Below, one piece after another: positions 1-14,519 of a stretch of 64,000 nucleotides of DNA (the stretch's first letter is position 1; the number at the start of each line of letters is the position of its first letter). Under the pieces are notes generated by a model. It did not search any database. It saw only the letters and a list, made by a program, of their open reading frames with translations, and was not told the DNA's origin. A program made the position numbers and the translations under genes. The stretch is taken from NCBI GenBank assembly GCA_951406725.2, contig OX597842.1, forward strand, positions 15,438,001 to 15,502,000, in the 5' to 3' direction. Source of the stretch: Octopus vulgaris. Lineage: Eukaryota.

Positions 1-790
1 AGGAGTGGAGAGAGCGTGTCTCCCTGGAATATTCCTCTTCTAATGGGGATGTCTTTGGTTTTCATGAGTCCCTCTTTTGTTTGGAGGTGTAGGACTGTTT
101 GCCATTTATTCATAGAGTGCTCTATGAATTTTATGATTGTTGGTGCTACTTTGTTAATGGCTAGTGTTTCGAGGATCCATGTGTGTGGGATGCTATCAAA
201 CGCCTTTTTGTAGTCAATCCAGGCCATACTGAGGCCTTTCTTCTTTCTGTGGTTGTCTTCAGTTATGGCTTTATTAATCATTAGTTGATCTTTACAGCCA
301 TATGAGCCTTTGCGGCATCCTTTCTGCTCTTCTGGGAACAGTTTGTTTTCGTCCAGGTGCTTGTTCAGCCTTTGTGATATCACTGCAGTAAATGCCTTGA
401 ACATAGTAGGGAGGCAGGTTATTGGTCTGTAGTTTTCTGGTTTTTCTGTTTCATTTGATTTGGGAATTAAGATGGTTTTCCCCTTCGTGAGCCATTCAGG
501 CATTGTCTCTGGCTCTGCTAGTACGTTGTTAAAGTTTTCAGCCAGCTTTTTGTGCATTCCTGTTAGATATTTCAACCAGAAGTTGGGGATCTTGTCATGC
601 CCAGGTGCCTTCCAGTTGCTTAGTCTTTGCAGTGCCTGGGTGACCTCTTCAGTTGTTATGGGGGTCCAAAGTTGTTCAGATGCCGAGTTTGTTATTTTGA
701 TACTCCTTTTTTTTGGTGGTTCGTTCACCGACCATATTTCTCTCCAGAATTCTTCCAATTCTTCTGCCGTTGGTGCTGCAGTGACTTCTA
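1..790 (-). mobile_element. R4/Dong-clade non-LTR retrotransposon, RT region (open frame, runs off the window edge; 5'-truncated at a TAA tract)
   Basis: Minus-strand translation is open: EEFWREIW...LSNWKAPGHDKIPNFWLK...PEWLTKGKTILIPK...NYRPITCLPTMFKAFT...EEQKGCRKGSYGCKDQLMINKAI...AWIDYKKAFDSIPHTWI...RGIFQGDTLSPLL. It abuts (TTA)n at ~790. Confidence 0.88.
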
Positions 791-794
791 TTTT

Positions 795-885
<91 letters not shown>
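790..885. repeat. (TTA)n microsatellite
   Basis: Directly visible. Confidence 0.98.
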
Positions 886-886
<1 letters not shown>

Positions 887-888
887 GT

Positions 889-1080
889 CGGCGATCTGGC
901 ATGATCCTTAGCACACCGGGCGAAATGCTTAGCGGTATTTCATCTGCTGTTACATCCGAAGATTAAATTCCGCCGGGATCGACTTTGCCTTTCATCCTTT
1001 CAGGGTCGATAAACTAATAACTTAAGTACGAGTTACGCATTAGGGTCGATGTAATCGAGTTGACCCCTTCCTCCCAAATA
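889..1080 (+). mobile_element. tRNA-derived SINE, family B
   Basis: Motifs ggcgatctggc...gggcgaaatgcttagcggtattt...gactttgcctttcatcctttc...gtcgat recur at 26930-27420, 34200-34590 and 47590-47980, and in reverse at ~7090-7200 and 19750-19890. Confidence 0.7.
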
Positions 1081-1218
1081 TGAAAATATGAGATTTGTGT
1101 TTCACGTACAAAGGATTACTGTTATTATTGTTTATGCATTAATGAGGGTTGGGATTTAAGTTTTGTTTTGTATTTTTATTTGTGTTTTACCCCTACCCTC
1201 TGTTACACTCGATTCCCA

Positions 1219-1666
1219 CTAATTCTCCACAAACTCACCCTTCACAACTAGGGATCCAACTCCTAAGCATGTAAGACCGAAAAGCGGGGGTATCTTTGAG
1301 GATGGAAATTTGATACAGAAATTGGAATTTGACCACCAGGCAGATGCCGCTTTACATTTTGGTGACTCAGCTTCTGAAGGCGGGAACGAGCAAACATGTG
1401 GCGATGACCTACCCTGTCGAATGCTTTGGGTTGATTCAAATTGACCAGAGCCCTTCCCAAAATCAGATCTATTCAAGGTTCCCTTCCATGATGTTTGCCA
1501 TATGGAAGTTTAATTCCGAAGGCAGATTATCCAATCCTGGTGATTTAATCCCCTCACAGCAGATCAGTATTTCTGCCACTTCATCTGCTGAAATTAGTTT
1601 TGAACAACACTCAGTCTCCCAGTCCGATTGTTGTGGCAAATCATGGAAGTAGGCCTTAAAGCCCAC
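1219..1666 (-). pseudogene. Degenerate L1/Tx1-type RT fragment
   Basis: KSPGLDNLPSE and NLNQPKAFDRVGH motifs in shifted frames. Confidence 0.7.
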
Positions 1667-1914
1667 TGTCTCAAGTATATCGCTCCTCGAAAACAGTTTG
1701 ACGAAATGCTACGGAAACATAGCGCTCAGTTACTCGGAATCGGAGAGCACAAGACCGCTGCGTTCTGCTACTGACATAATTCTTGCAGTAATGGTAAACT
1801 GTGCCTCCACCACACGGGCCCAACCGACAATATTTGAGTTTGCATGTTCCAGAGAATGCATTATCTCCTATGTGTCTCTTCTAAACTATTTAGTTTATTT
1901 TCTATCCTTTTATT

Positions 1915-2145
1915 CTTCTATTTGGTTCAGTCAATTGACTGCCACCATGCTGGAGCATCGCTTTCAGTCGAACAAATTGACCACAGGCCTTAGTCTTTGT
2001 AAGCCTAGTACTTATTCTATCGGTTTCTTTTTATGAACCACTGGTTTACGGGGGCCTAAATACACCAACATCGGTTGTCAATCGATGGTGGGGGACAAAC
2101 ACACACACATACATATAAGTGTACACACACACAAACGAAAAAATT

Positions 2146-2185
<40 letters not shown>

Positions 2186-2365
2186 AAGAGAGAAAGAGAG
2201 ATGTACGACGGGCTTCTTTTCAGTTTCCGTCTACCAAATCCACTCAGAAGGATTTGGTAGAACAGAGGCTATAGAAGAAGACACTTATCCAAGGTGCCAC
2301 ACAGTGGGACTGAACCCGTCACTGTGTGATTGGGAAGCAAGCTTCTTACCACACAGCTACGCCTT
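1915..2365 (-). mobile_element. tRNA-derived SINE, family A (with internal microsatellite)
   Basis: Reverse copy of gtggtaagaagcttgcttcccaa...ttcagtcccactg...ggcaccttgg...gtggatttggtagacggaaactgaaagaagcccgtcg...gatagaataagtactaggcttacaaag...ctccagcatgg; many copies in the window. Confidence 0.85.
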
Positions 2366-2479
2366 CACCTGTAGTTTTCTATAACAATTTCTGCTAAAAC
2401 TAACAGATGTCACTGATTTTTCTCTTTAGTGAAACACATCACTTACTCTAGATTATATCTCCTATCAATACTTGCTTGA

Positions 2480-4523
2480 CTCGTATAATAATCCTTGGAA
2501 CATTTTCACACCGGAATGGATGCATTCATCTCCCAGTAACAGGATCCTTTTTATTAGTCTTTTCTATGACAACTATAAAGGTTACTATAAAGGTTACGAG
2601 TTTGACTAATCCCACAAAATACTTGTCTGCGTTCAAAGTCCCATTCCAATCACCCACCAAAATTAAGGAGCGAGATATTCCCATCGGGCTCTACTGTTTC
2701 GTTTCCTGTTGCTTATATCCAAGACCTACCGACCAGATCTAAGAAAACTTTTTCCATGACGTTGTATGAGTCTTCTAAGATTCTTCTGTGTAAAATGTTT
2801 TTCAATCCTTCCACATCATGTTGGAAACTTTTCTTCGAAACACTGTACATTGTTGCTGGCGTTCCTACCAGAGCCTTTTCTTGTATATTTTTGGAAACGT
2901 TGAGAGCATCAAAAGCCTCATTTGTTAAACTTTTGCTTTTACCTGAGTTTGTAAACTTGATGAGATCAGCGTTTTACTTTCGGAGAACTGTTCAGTTGGG
3001 AGACTCCTCCGTCAGGTGTTGCTCTAAATGTTACGTCCATTGTAATTGATGTGGGCGTCGGTTTGGTTGCTTTTGGCTTTGGTCCTTTTCTTTCCGATCC
3101 CGATGTAACTCGCGCTGTTGTTCGGAATGTCATTTCTTTTTTTCTTTTGTTGTTGCAGGATTGTCTCTTGTTTTTGAAGTTATTGTTGTGGGTGTTGTAA
3201 TTGTTGTTCTATCGATTTATGAGACTAGGGACACTCGTACTTGGTGCTAACAAAGTTTGAGGGGTTAGTGGTCAAGACACTATTTTCACCATTCCTGACT
3301 ACCCACTAGGGTGATTTGGTGTCTTCCAAAGCCACTTCTATATCCAGAGTAGCCTGGATTTGGATTTAATTTCTTCCGTATCATTTACTGATGTTGTTCG
3401 TAGTGTTGGTTGTGATTGTGGAGGTAGTCACGGCCCTTTTTTTCACGCCTATCCTTGAGTGGAGGTTTGTTTTGTTGCTTCTGTATTTATCGTTGTTGTG
3501 GTGGGTGCTGCTACCGTTCTCTTTGTAATTACAGTAGATTTTGCGTTGGAAGCAGCGATGCAGTGCGAGTCATTTCACCACTGTGACGTAGAAAGCTTTG
3601 GGGTGATCTATTTTGCCACATGTATAACATCTGGATTTCCTACCCTTGACGACCACCGGCATTTGCCAAACAATCTCCGATAGACAAAAAGTTTGCTATG
3701 GAAACCACATCTTCTGGAACACTTAAAACTTGGAATTCCTTCTTTTTATTTTGATGGGGGGTTGATTTCATGTTCATTATTTCCCCGTGCTTGTCCCTAT
3801 GAGGAGGTACGTTTGTGACCCTCACGCTCGTCACATAGCGTTCTATATATAAGGGTAGCATCGCGAACTAGGGTCCAGGTCATCGTATCCCTCCTACGCA
3901 CATCCATTGATATACACTACGGTATGCTACACATCTTCCAAATATTTTTTCTATTTCGGTTGAGGAAAGGAATTGTAGCATCGATTCTGCGCGATTGGTG
4001 CTCTTATAGATTCTTCTTATTTTCTCGGCGCACATCATTCCCCCTTCTGGGAGTGACATGGCCCCAGGATGAACGATATTGTTCCTATACGTTTTTAAGG
4101 ATATCTACTTCCCCTTTAAGTAAAACGACGATCCGCCGCTTTGTAACTTTCGCGAAGTATGTTTTTTTTTCTTTATGGATTTTCGTCGTTATTGTTGTTG
4201 TTGTTGTTGTTGCTGTTGCCCTCGTAGATTATGTTAGTGTTCTTCTCATTCATTTTATTGTTGTTGTTGTCTCAATTGTGGCGGCTGCTGTCGACGTTAC
4301 AGTTGTAGTTATTGTTGTTGTTGCTAAAGCTATCAGCGCCATTGTTGGTAGCTTTATCGCTGCTGCTGATTACATTATTATTGTTGCTGTTGTTGTTGTC
4401 GTAGTTCATACTAATACTAGTGCTATTATTGTTACTGTTGTCGTCGTCGTCGTCGCTGATGTTGTTTACTGTTTTGTGTTTTATTGTTCGTAGTTTCTTT
4501 TCTTCTTTCCATGGGAGTGGCAA
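2480..4523 (-). pseudogene. Degenerate non-LTR retrotransposon (Tx1/L1-like ORF1 with zinc-knuckle remnant, followed by decayed ORF2 pieces)
   Basis: Minus strand LPLYIERYVTSVRVTNVPP...GRKSRCYTCGKIDHPKAF (CX2CX4H). Low-complexity (AAC/GAC)n N-terminus; many stops. Confidence 0.5.
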
Positions 4524-5489
4524 CCGACTCGTATGGCTGACTACTATGTCAGATCGTTTAACTACGACGTAAGAGGTGAGGCGAATACATTTCCTCCAAA
4601 AACTAATCCTCTATTTAAATTCGTGGAAAAAGAAGATAATAGATGATACGTATCGGGAAAAACCTCGGGACCAGCTGATGCCAGTTTCGTCATTAGAACT
4701 GGAACAATCTGCTTCAGTAGTAATCAATATAACAGAGGAAGACAGTACTGGAGACGGTTCACAATCACAAGACCAGTCCAGGGAGAGACCACCGATAGAC
4801 TATATATACACGACTCATATATAATTATTTCCGTTGGATTCGACTTTCGGAAACATTGAACAACTAATGGTTTTTGCATACGCATACTGGCATTAATGTT
4901 TAAACTACACGATATTTTACAATTTTAAAGTTTATGCATCTTAAAAGTTTATATTTACATATATGTGCACCTTGTTGACAAGCATTTCTTATTAGCAGTT
5001 TACAAAAAAAGACTACGATGACGATGTCAACTGTGAAGATGACTACGATGAAGATGCTATTACAGCGACGAGAACGCAGATATTGATGACGATCGTAACG
5101 AATATGACGAGGTGGTGGGGGATTGTGAGGATTATCATGATCAAGATGATGATCATTATAATGATGAAGATGAGCCATAAATTTTCCAGTGGAGTTGTTA
5201 AATGAACAAAATCCACGTGGAATTCCACCTCATATTCTGGTGATGAACGTTTGAAGTTTTATAATGTGAGAACGAAACCTCAGACCCCTGAAGAGTTTAC
5301 TAAATTGAACATGAGGAACAATTATAGAAGAGCGCAACCATCTTCTTTATACAACAGAAATATTTACAGGCAACAGTTAAGAAGAAAGGGTTTTCACTTC
5401 ACGAATTCATTTGTCACATAGCGAGACAAATCTACAATTTCAACATAATCGCAGACAGTTCCCCTTGATACTATTCTTTGTTATTGTAA

Positions 5490-6330
5490 ACGTAGTTTTC
5501 TTCCAGACCTACCAGATGCAAGTGAAGCGAAAGAATGCTTCCTCACTCTAAATGGCATCAACTATTTTCTCAAAAAACCATTTATCAGAAATGATGTCTT
5601 TTGATTCCCTACTGAACTTAACTTCGGTCCTCCAAAATATCCGTTTGAACATTAGAATGAAAATTAAGAACTGGGTCTGGTAAGCCTAATGTGGTACAAC
5701 TAACACCATGCAATCACAATATCAAATCTCTTCCCTGTATGAATTGTTAAAGGAAATTTTAAAGTAGCTTCGTTAAAAGTCTTCAATGAATGTACTTTCA
5801 ATCAGCTGATACAGTTCTACAGGGTATTTAAGCGTGTGAACTGCATATAGCTATGCATAGCTTCGCCTCAGTAAAGATGGGCGAATCATCAATACCTGCA
5901 GATTCTTCTAGAAATCTCATTCACTTACAATCATAACCACGTAAAGTATAATTTCCTGCTTCTTTCGATAATTTTTCAAATACTTCACCATTTCGATTCC
6001 CAGTTGGTAAATCTTTAAACTTTAAGGCTCCTCGAATATATGGAGGAAGATAAAATCTATCGGGTGGACATAATAATCTTGGGTGGCCACAAGAAGGAGA
6101 ACAACAACAACAACTAACAACACGACTTTGCGAAGTTAGCTATAGTAAATATAGCCTCATATGCAGGTAACAATGATGAAATTTTATAAAGAGCCTCAAG
6201 TGTAACAGTAGGAGATAGGGAAACCAAAAGACCAAAGGGGTTAAAACCTTTAAAAAAATGAAGCAAGATTATCTGACTGGCAAGAGAAGGCTTTGCACGG
6301 TATATTTCCAAAGATAATCACAGAAAAAAT
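5490..6330 (-). pseudogene. Decayed Helitron Rep/PIF1-helicase fragments
   Basis: Frameshifted remnants RFYLPPYIRGALKFKDL...NGEVF and KIVDAI*SEEAFF...ASGRSGRK (Walker-A-like) resemble Helitron helicase motifs. Confidence 0.45.
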
Positions 6331-6479
6331 AATAATGAGACAGCTGTGGATTCACAAAGCAAGGCTGAAAAGGGAAACTAAACTGTTGCTAGTAATAACA
6401 CAAGGTCTGATATTGAGGACTATTTTCATAAAATCCAGGATAGAAGAAAATCAGGCAGATTAACAATGCAGGTAAAGTA

Positions 6480-7060
6480 AATCAAAGGGTAACGTGCAAC
6501 TCATTATAAGCTGGGTAGAATAATCGAGAGGAAGTTATGTAGATAGCTAGAAATCGACCATACTGATAAGTGTTATAAATATGAATCTAGTAAAGTGCTA
6601 GAAAATAAGAAAAAAATATAAGACATGGTGGGATTTTATTATTCAGACCGAGAGATTAATAGAAGCTACAAAGCCTCATTTGGAAGTAGTAGTCTAAGAG
6701 AAAGGAAAGTGTCAGGTAATTGACTTAACTATCCCAAATGATGAGAAAATAAATATGGAAACTATACAGAAAATAGCAAAGTACCAGGGTCTAGCCATTC
6801 AGTTATAGAGGCTAGGAAGTGTGTGGATAAAATGTAACCCTGTAGCTATAAGTGCATTACGAATTATCCCTAAGGGTTTCACAAAGAAATAGAAAAACTA
6901 GGCATAAAACCTACTTTAGTGAAGCTCCAGGAAACCGTGTTATTAGGGGCAGCTAGGATACTTAGGAAGGTTTTTCGCATATAATGTTATTTGCTGCAGC
7001 CCGATGTTAGGAACTTTTCATGTTCCAGTCTAATCTGTTGTGCGTAGAGGAATTAATAAT
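6480..7060 (+). pseudogene. R4/Dong-type 3' end (restriction-like endonuclease remnant)
   Basis: CQVIDLTIPNDEKIN...QKIAKYQGLAIQL...PVAISAL...KLQETVLLGAARILRKVF* with internal stops; an (AAT)n tract follows. Confidence 0.7.
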
Positions 7061-7203
7061 CCTTTCTTCTAAATACAAATGGGCTGCTTTTTTCCTAATT
7101 TTGGCGGTGGGGACTAGATGATTACATCGACCCCAGTGTTTTACTGGTACATAATTTATCAACCCCGAAAGGATCAAATGAAAAATCGATTTCGCCACCT
7201 TAA

Positions 7204-7671
<468 letters not shown>

Positions 7672-9184
7672 TAACTGGGTATTTTGGGCTTCGTATATTT
7701 TACATAGTTGATACTTATTTCATCGACTCCAAAATTATGAAAGATGAAGCAATCTCGGCGGAATTAGTAATAATAATCCTTTCGAAATAAGCACAAGCCT
7801 TGAAATTTGAGGGGACTAGTCGATTACATTGACCCCGGTACCCAACTATTACTTAATTTAACGGAGCCGAAAGGGTGAAAGACAAAGTCGACATCGTTGG
7901 AAGTAATAATAATAATAATGATAATGGTAATCCTTTGTACTAAATGTACAAAGCCTGAAATTTCGGGGCTGAGGATATATTAAACAATCAATCGTAATGC
8001 AAGGCATCTATTTTCATTGCTACATCAAAATTGTGACATATGAAAAGAACGGAGTGAGAAAAAATTAGACTTACCTGAGAAGAAAGGCAATATTCGGTTG
8101 GTCATTTAAAAAAAATATTTACTCTGATGGTTTGCTTTCGCTACTTTTAATAAAAATTAAGAAATGAAAGTAATGCATTGAAGTTTATAGCACAGTCAAC
8201 CAGGATCTAACTTCTGTTAGCCAATGAAATTGACGAATCATTTTTATGAGTCGTATACATTTTTAATTGCTTTTCTCCATCGATTTCACCTCTCACCACA
8301 TCTCTTTTGACACGACGCCTTATATGCTTCTTTTCATGCATACATACATACAGACATACATACATGCATAAATATATATATATATATATATATACATATA
8401 TATATTATATGCACACAGTACACACACACGCACACACACACACACACATACACACACACATACACACATATATATATACATGTATAAATATGTGTATGTA
8501 TGTATGACCATATATATAGATCTACGTGCTGGGTATAACTCAAACTGCATCCAGTAGTGGGGTATTTTGTTCGGGAGTTCCAGGGTTTGTGGAATCTGGA
8601 ATCACCTTGTAGCCACTATCGTCCCCCGCGCTACTCTGATACGGAGTGTTAGCAAATGTCAAGGTCCAACTATAAGTTAACTAATATTAGTATTGACAAT
8701 GTATCGGAGCGCGGAAATGCGGGAAATAACTTTGGTTGATGTCACGGCGTGCAGTAAAACCGCTAAAAAGACGGTTCCCTTGGTTGCATCAGAGGTGCCT
8801 ACTGATGGAAAACCTGCTGTTTGACCTGATTAAAAGTCCTCTCTGTTCGGTCTCCCACTAGGTTCTAGTCACAGAGACTCAGAGTGGTACTGGTATTCTA
8901 CAGGTGCCTCCCATTATAATCAAATGATGCACAGTTATCTCTTTAACATGACCACATTCGGCATTTCATCTGCTGAAGTTCCTACGGTGATGGAAGAATG
9001 AACGCGCACGGTAGGCTACAACAACTTTCGTCTCTCAGCTACGCTTCAAAGAAGCCAGATCGGCAGAGAGACTAAATTTCAACTGAGAAATCATGAATGG
9101 AAACACGGAAATGCCATTCACAAACAGTAAGCAAAAGGTAACGGCAACCGTCTGACAAGATGGAGCAATCATTTTATGTGTATG

Positions 9185-9248
<64 letters not shown>

Positions 9249-9382
9249 TAAAATTTCATTAGTTTAAAGTTTATGAAAGCTCACCGTGTTTTGTCAGTTA
9301 TAAATAGTCCATGTAAATATATACCCTCGACGGAAAAAAGTTAGTGTTTGCCGTACAAATATATATATATATACATAAATGC

Positions 9383-9426
<44 letters not shown>

Positions 9427-9523
9427 ATATATATATATATTATATATATATATACATACATACATATAGACATATATATATATATACATACATTATATAT
9501 ATATATATGTATATATATATACT

Positions 9524-9555
<32 letters not shown>

Positions 9556-9830
9556 TACATATATATAATTTGAGAGAGAGAGAGGGAGAGATATATAGAT
9601 ACGTATATTTATGTTACCCTAGCAGTATCACAAGAAGGCAGTTGTATTCGTCAATATATACTTATGCTTGTGCGTGGGTTCACGTCCTTTTGTGTGTATC
9701 TACCCATATATCTATCTATCTAACTAACTAACTATCTATCTGTCTATCCCTGTCCTTTCGCTAACCTCTGTAACAATCGCTACATCTTTTTACATGGATA
9801 AGAGATCTAGTTTAGTTTCAAATCCACCTA

Positions 9831-9870
<40 letters not shown>

Positions 9871-9874
<4 letters not shown>

Positions 9875-9992
9875 CCTGCTCGCTTAGCCAGCGGGGTGGC
9901 CTCATTTGGAGGCTAAAACAAAACGAAGCGCATTGTGACCAGCGAAGTGTAGCAACATCTGATAGCCTGGTCGGTCACGTGATCACGTGATA
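9871..9992 (+). mobile_element. SINE family C, 3' fragment in (TA)n
   Basis: Matches the 3' half of 56565-56870 and the reverse copy at 51100-51398. Confidence 0.8.
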
Positions 9993-11284
9993 TATATATA
10001 TATATATATATTCGTGGAAAAGATTAGCATGGAAAACGTAAAAATGCATAAGAAATGCTGGAGAATTTGAAGAACAGAAACGACATCCAGAAATAATCAG
10101 ATTTAGAGACAGAGAGAGTGTGAGGGTGTGGGGGGGGGGTGAGTGACTGAGTGAGTGGTGAGTGAGGGAGGGAGGGAGTGTCTGTGTGATTGTATATATA
10201 TTTATACATGTGTGTGTGTGTGTGTAGGTGCATAATGAAGCCAAATATTAATGAGTGTTCATACATATTTATACAAAATACAAAAAGTATATATGTTAAT
10301 ATTTATTGTACATATCACTGACTTTAAGAATCCAGACAAAAGAAAAAGGAAATGGAAAATGAGAGACTCTAAAATTTAAAAAGAAAGAAATAGAAAGTGA
10401 AGAGAAATACTATGAAACACTTATAAAGGAATATTGTGTTAAGGTCGCAAATCTATCCACGTGTTTGTGGCCTTACAGTCTCTTGCATGACTGACAATCT
10501 GACTAATCATAATGCTAGAAGAAGGCATACACACACACTGGTAATTCTTGTAATACACATTGTACAGTATCATAACGTCAGGGTATGGGAACTCATTTGG
10601 ATAAAGAATACAGTGCAGGAAGAATTGGCCAAAAGAATGAACTACCAACGAAAACTAATAGACACACGAGTCAAAATAATTCAACTGATCATATCATTGC
10701 AAACTGTCCCAATCTTGTACAACACACTCGATTAAATAAGCCAAACAACACATATAGGAATCGGACAAGTCGCTGCACATGGCGGAGAAATACTAGGAAA
10801 ATCATCCTCTAACTGTTCTGTTTTACCTGAACACACTGGAAAAATAGTGACAATAGGATCAACACCAAATTGGACCCCATAACATCATTCCCGATCAACA
10901 CCCAAAAATGGGAGAGAGTCAAGAACACCTACACTCACCTCACAAGAAACCATATCTGAAGTTAAATTCAGAAAATGGAGAGGAGCAGAAGAATTGCCGC
11001 ATTATACCCTAAAACAAAACATCTGAGTTCCCTGACGACTCATCAAAAAAAGACAAAATATCTTTCGAAATCAGAAACTGGAGAGCTCCATAATCCCTCA
11101 AAATAGTTACGGGACGTGGGAGAGACGTATTTCTCATACGTGACACAGAACATGTTGAAACAAAGGGCAAAAACTCATTCCGAACTATGGAATCTGAGGG
11201 TTTACAAACAAAACTCTCCGAAAAGGTAGGGTTAGGTGCGACAAATACAAAAGCATTTTGGGGACCTGTGAACTAAACCCCCAT

Positions 11285-11384
<100 letters not shown>

Positions 11385-11439
11385 CGTATATATATATGTA
11401 TATATATATATGTATATATATATGTATACATATATGTAG

Positions 11440-11522
<83 letters not shown>

Positions 11523-11739
11523 GTGTGTATATGTATATATATATATATATTATTTCACGGGTTATTTAAAGGATTAGGTACCATAATATGTGCTGTAACA
11601 GATTACTAAGGCTCCAAGGTTATAGCCGAGACGGCAGTTAAAGAGCCATTGCAGATTTCCGAGGCAGCGGATATATAATTGGTAAACAGGACGTCAAACA
11701 TCTCAAGTTATATAAATATTATATCATATTATATTATAT

Positions 11740-11804
<65 letters not shown>

Positions 11805-11849
11805 CATGTATGTATAAATGTATTTTTGCACGTGTATATTCATTTAATT

Positions 11850-12230
11850 TCTCAGTCATTTGATTACTGGAATAACGCCTTAACGTGTTTTAGAGGAACA
11901 AATCGACCCCAGAATTTATTGTTTGCCAGACTAGTATTCATTCTATCACTTTCCCTTGTCAACCCGCTCCATTACAGGGACGTAAACACACCAACATCAG
12001 TTGTCAAGTGAGAGTGTGGGGGACAAACACAGACACAAAGATACACATACGTATATACATAGATATAAGACGGGTTTATTACAGTTACTCTCTACTAAAT
12101 ACACTCACAAGGCTTTGGTCGACCCGAGGATATAGTAGAAGACACTTGCCCAAGATGCCATGCAGCGGAACTGAACCGGAATCTATGTGTTTGGGAAGCA
12201 AGTTTCTTACCACACAACCACGTCTCCGTC
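11850..12230 (-). mobile_element. SINE family A
   Basis: Same motifs as 1915-2365. Confidence 0.8.
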
Positions 12231-12743
12231 TTCACACAACTCCGCCTCCGCGAGATATAAATATGCATATATGTGTTTGCGTAAGAGTGTGTGAATGCGT
12301 CTGTGTGTATGCAGTGGGGACCCAGGATCTTTTTAGTTTCCAAAAATTTACTATATTAGTTGGGAATCGCAATTTGTAACAAATGGACACATTTTTATGT
12401 ATTCTATGTTGTAACAGACCAGAAACATAAAACAGTTATGCTCTGAAAAACCTTGGTCCCGGCCCTTTTTTTGGTGTCGGATGGGCTAGACAGGGTGTTA
12501 CTCGGGCAACTAGGACAACATCCCTGCCTCAACCACTGGTATCTATGTAGACATGTAAGCTTGCTGCATTTATATGTGGATGGATGGATGGATGGATGGA
12601 CGCATGTATGCAGGTAAGCTTGATGTATGTATGTATGTATGTAAGTATTATGAATGTGTATGCGTGTGTGATTTATTGAGTCACCACTATACAAAAGGCA
12701 AACAAAGCTAATTTCTTAGAGAGAGAAAGTTGTGTGAAATACT

Positions 12744-12903
12744 TTGAGAAGAGGATTGTTGACTATTTTAAGACCAAATATTTTGTTGTTTACTACACTT
12801 GACTTAACATTTAGAACATACTTAAACAACATGCAATTGTCTTGTGTGTCTCGACTACTACAATGTATCAGAATTTTAGTGAAATGACAGCGATCATCAT
12901 GTG

Positions 12904-12939
<36 letters not shown>

Positions 12940-13036
12940 TATACATACATATAGACATACAGATAGATAAATAATTAGATAGATAAGTAAGATAGAGAGA
13001 TAGGTAGATAGATCGATAACTAGATAGATAGGTAGG

Positions 13037-13099
<63 letters not shown>

Positions 13100-13250
13100 G
13101 ATTGTTGAGAAGAGGATTGTTGACTATTTTAAGACCAAAGCTTTGTTGTTTACTACACTTGACTTAACATTTAGAACATACTTAAACAACCTTCCACTGT
13201 CTTGTGTGTCACGACTACTACAATGTATCAGAATTATAATGAAATGACAA
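12744..13250 (+). repeat. ~145-bp direct duplication (12744-12889 / 13105-13250) separated by (TA)n and (GATA)n
   Basis: ttgagaagaggattgttgactattttaagaccaaa...gaaatgaca occurs twice. Confidence 0.9.
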
Positions 13251-13384
13251 TGACGCAGTACTGCAATGTGGTGGTAAACAATCATCATCATCATCATCAT
13301 CACACTCAGCTTTCTGTTACATATACATATGTGTAAGTATATTATACATACATGTGTAAATGTGGGCGTATATATCTTTTAATC

Positions 13385-13770
13385 TTCACTTGTTTCAGTC
13401 ATTTGACTGCGGCCATGTTGCAGCACCACCTTTAGTCGAGCAAATCGACCCCGGGACTTATTCTTTGTAAGCCTAGTACTTATTCTATCGGTCTCTTTTG
13501 CCGAACCGCTAAGTAACGGGGACATAAACACACCAGCATCGGTTGTCAAGCAATGCTAGGGGGACAAACACAGACACACAAACACACACACGCATATATA
13601 TATATATACATATATACGACAAGCTTCTTTCAGTTTCCGTCTTCCAAATCCACTCACAAGGCTTTGGTCGGCCCAAGGCTATAGTAGAAGACACTTGCCC
13701 AAAGTGCCACACAGTGGGACTGAACCCGGAACCATGTGGTTGGTAAACAAGCTACTTACTACACAGCCTA
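13385..13770 (-). mobile_element. SINE family A, near full length
   Basis: Same motifs as the other family A copies. Confidence 0.88.
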
Positions 13771-13786
13771 TATATATCAATTCACT

Positions 13787-13966
13787 TGATCACTTGACCG
13801 ACCAGTCCGTCAGGTGTACATTTGACATCGCTGGTCACAGCACGCTGTCCACTCCTCTCTGGATCGCGCCTTTCTCATCCACGTGATCCCAATCGTCCTC
13901 CTGAAATCGTACCTCCACCGTCGTGGAGGTCTTCTGGTGGTCTTTTCCGCTCACGCGGGTCCACTG
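13787..13966 (-). mobile_element. RTE-type LINE 3' terminus
   Basis: Minus strand PRERKRPP..RPPRRWRYDFRRTIGITWMRKARSREEWTACCDQRCQMYT*, then a short tail ending ctggtcggtcaagtgatc. Confidence 0.65.
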
Positions 13967-14114
13967 ATTAGATCTATCTATCTATCTATATATATATTTA
14001 TACATATATACATATAGTCATACAGATAGATAAATAGATAGATAGATAAGATAGATAGACAGATAGATAGATAAGATACATAGGTAGAAAAGATAGGTAT
14101 ATATAAAGATAGGT

Positions 14115-14174
<60 letters not shown>

Positions 14175-14201
14175 TATATATTCCGATAAATAGATAGATA
14201 A

Positions 14202-14240
<39 letters not shown>

Positions 14241-14519
14241 TGTTATATGTGTGTGTCCGTGTAATTATAATAAGGGCTTATAAATAAATTTCCTAGCTCT
14301 ATGCTGAGAAAAAGACGCTAAATAGCCTCATCACTGAAAGAAGTCAGAAACACATTTTGAATTCGATGCAACAAGCCAACGGAAATTTTCGTTAAGATAG
14401 TTCTGACCAAATGCTCTCTCATCTGACCAAATGCTCTCTCATCTTCAGCGGGAACATACTATAGATATAAATGAGATATTTATTAATGCACAAATGAAAG
14501 CGAAACGCGAAGCCATAAA

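Noticed and set aside
11590-11650. HHR-like ggct...agcc-gagac; also a reverse candidate at ~57418-57470
   Set aside because: The core nucleotides are not recognisable; at best decayed.
12795-13290. Possible extra ankyrin exons sharing acacttgacttaacat with reverse 34054-34069 and a gtaaac+(CAT)n end
   Set aside because: Stops or frameshifts in every frame tested and no TPLH motif; too weak without a search.
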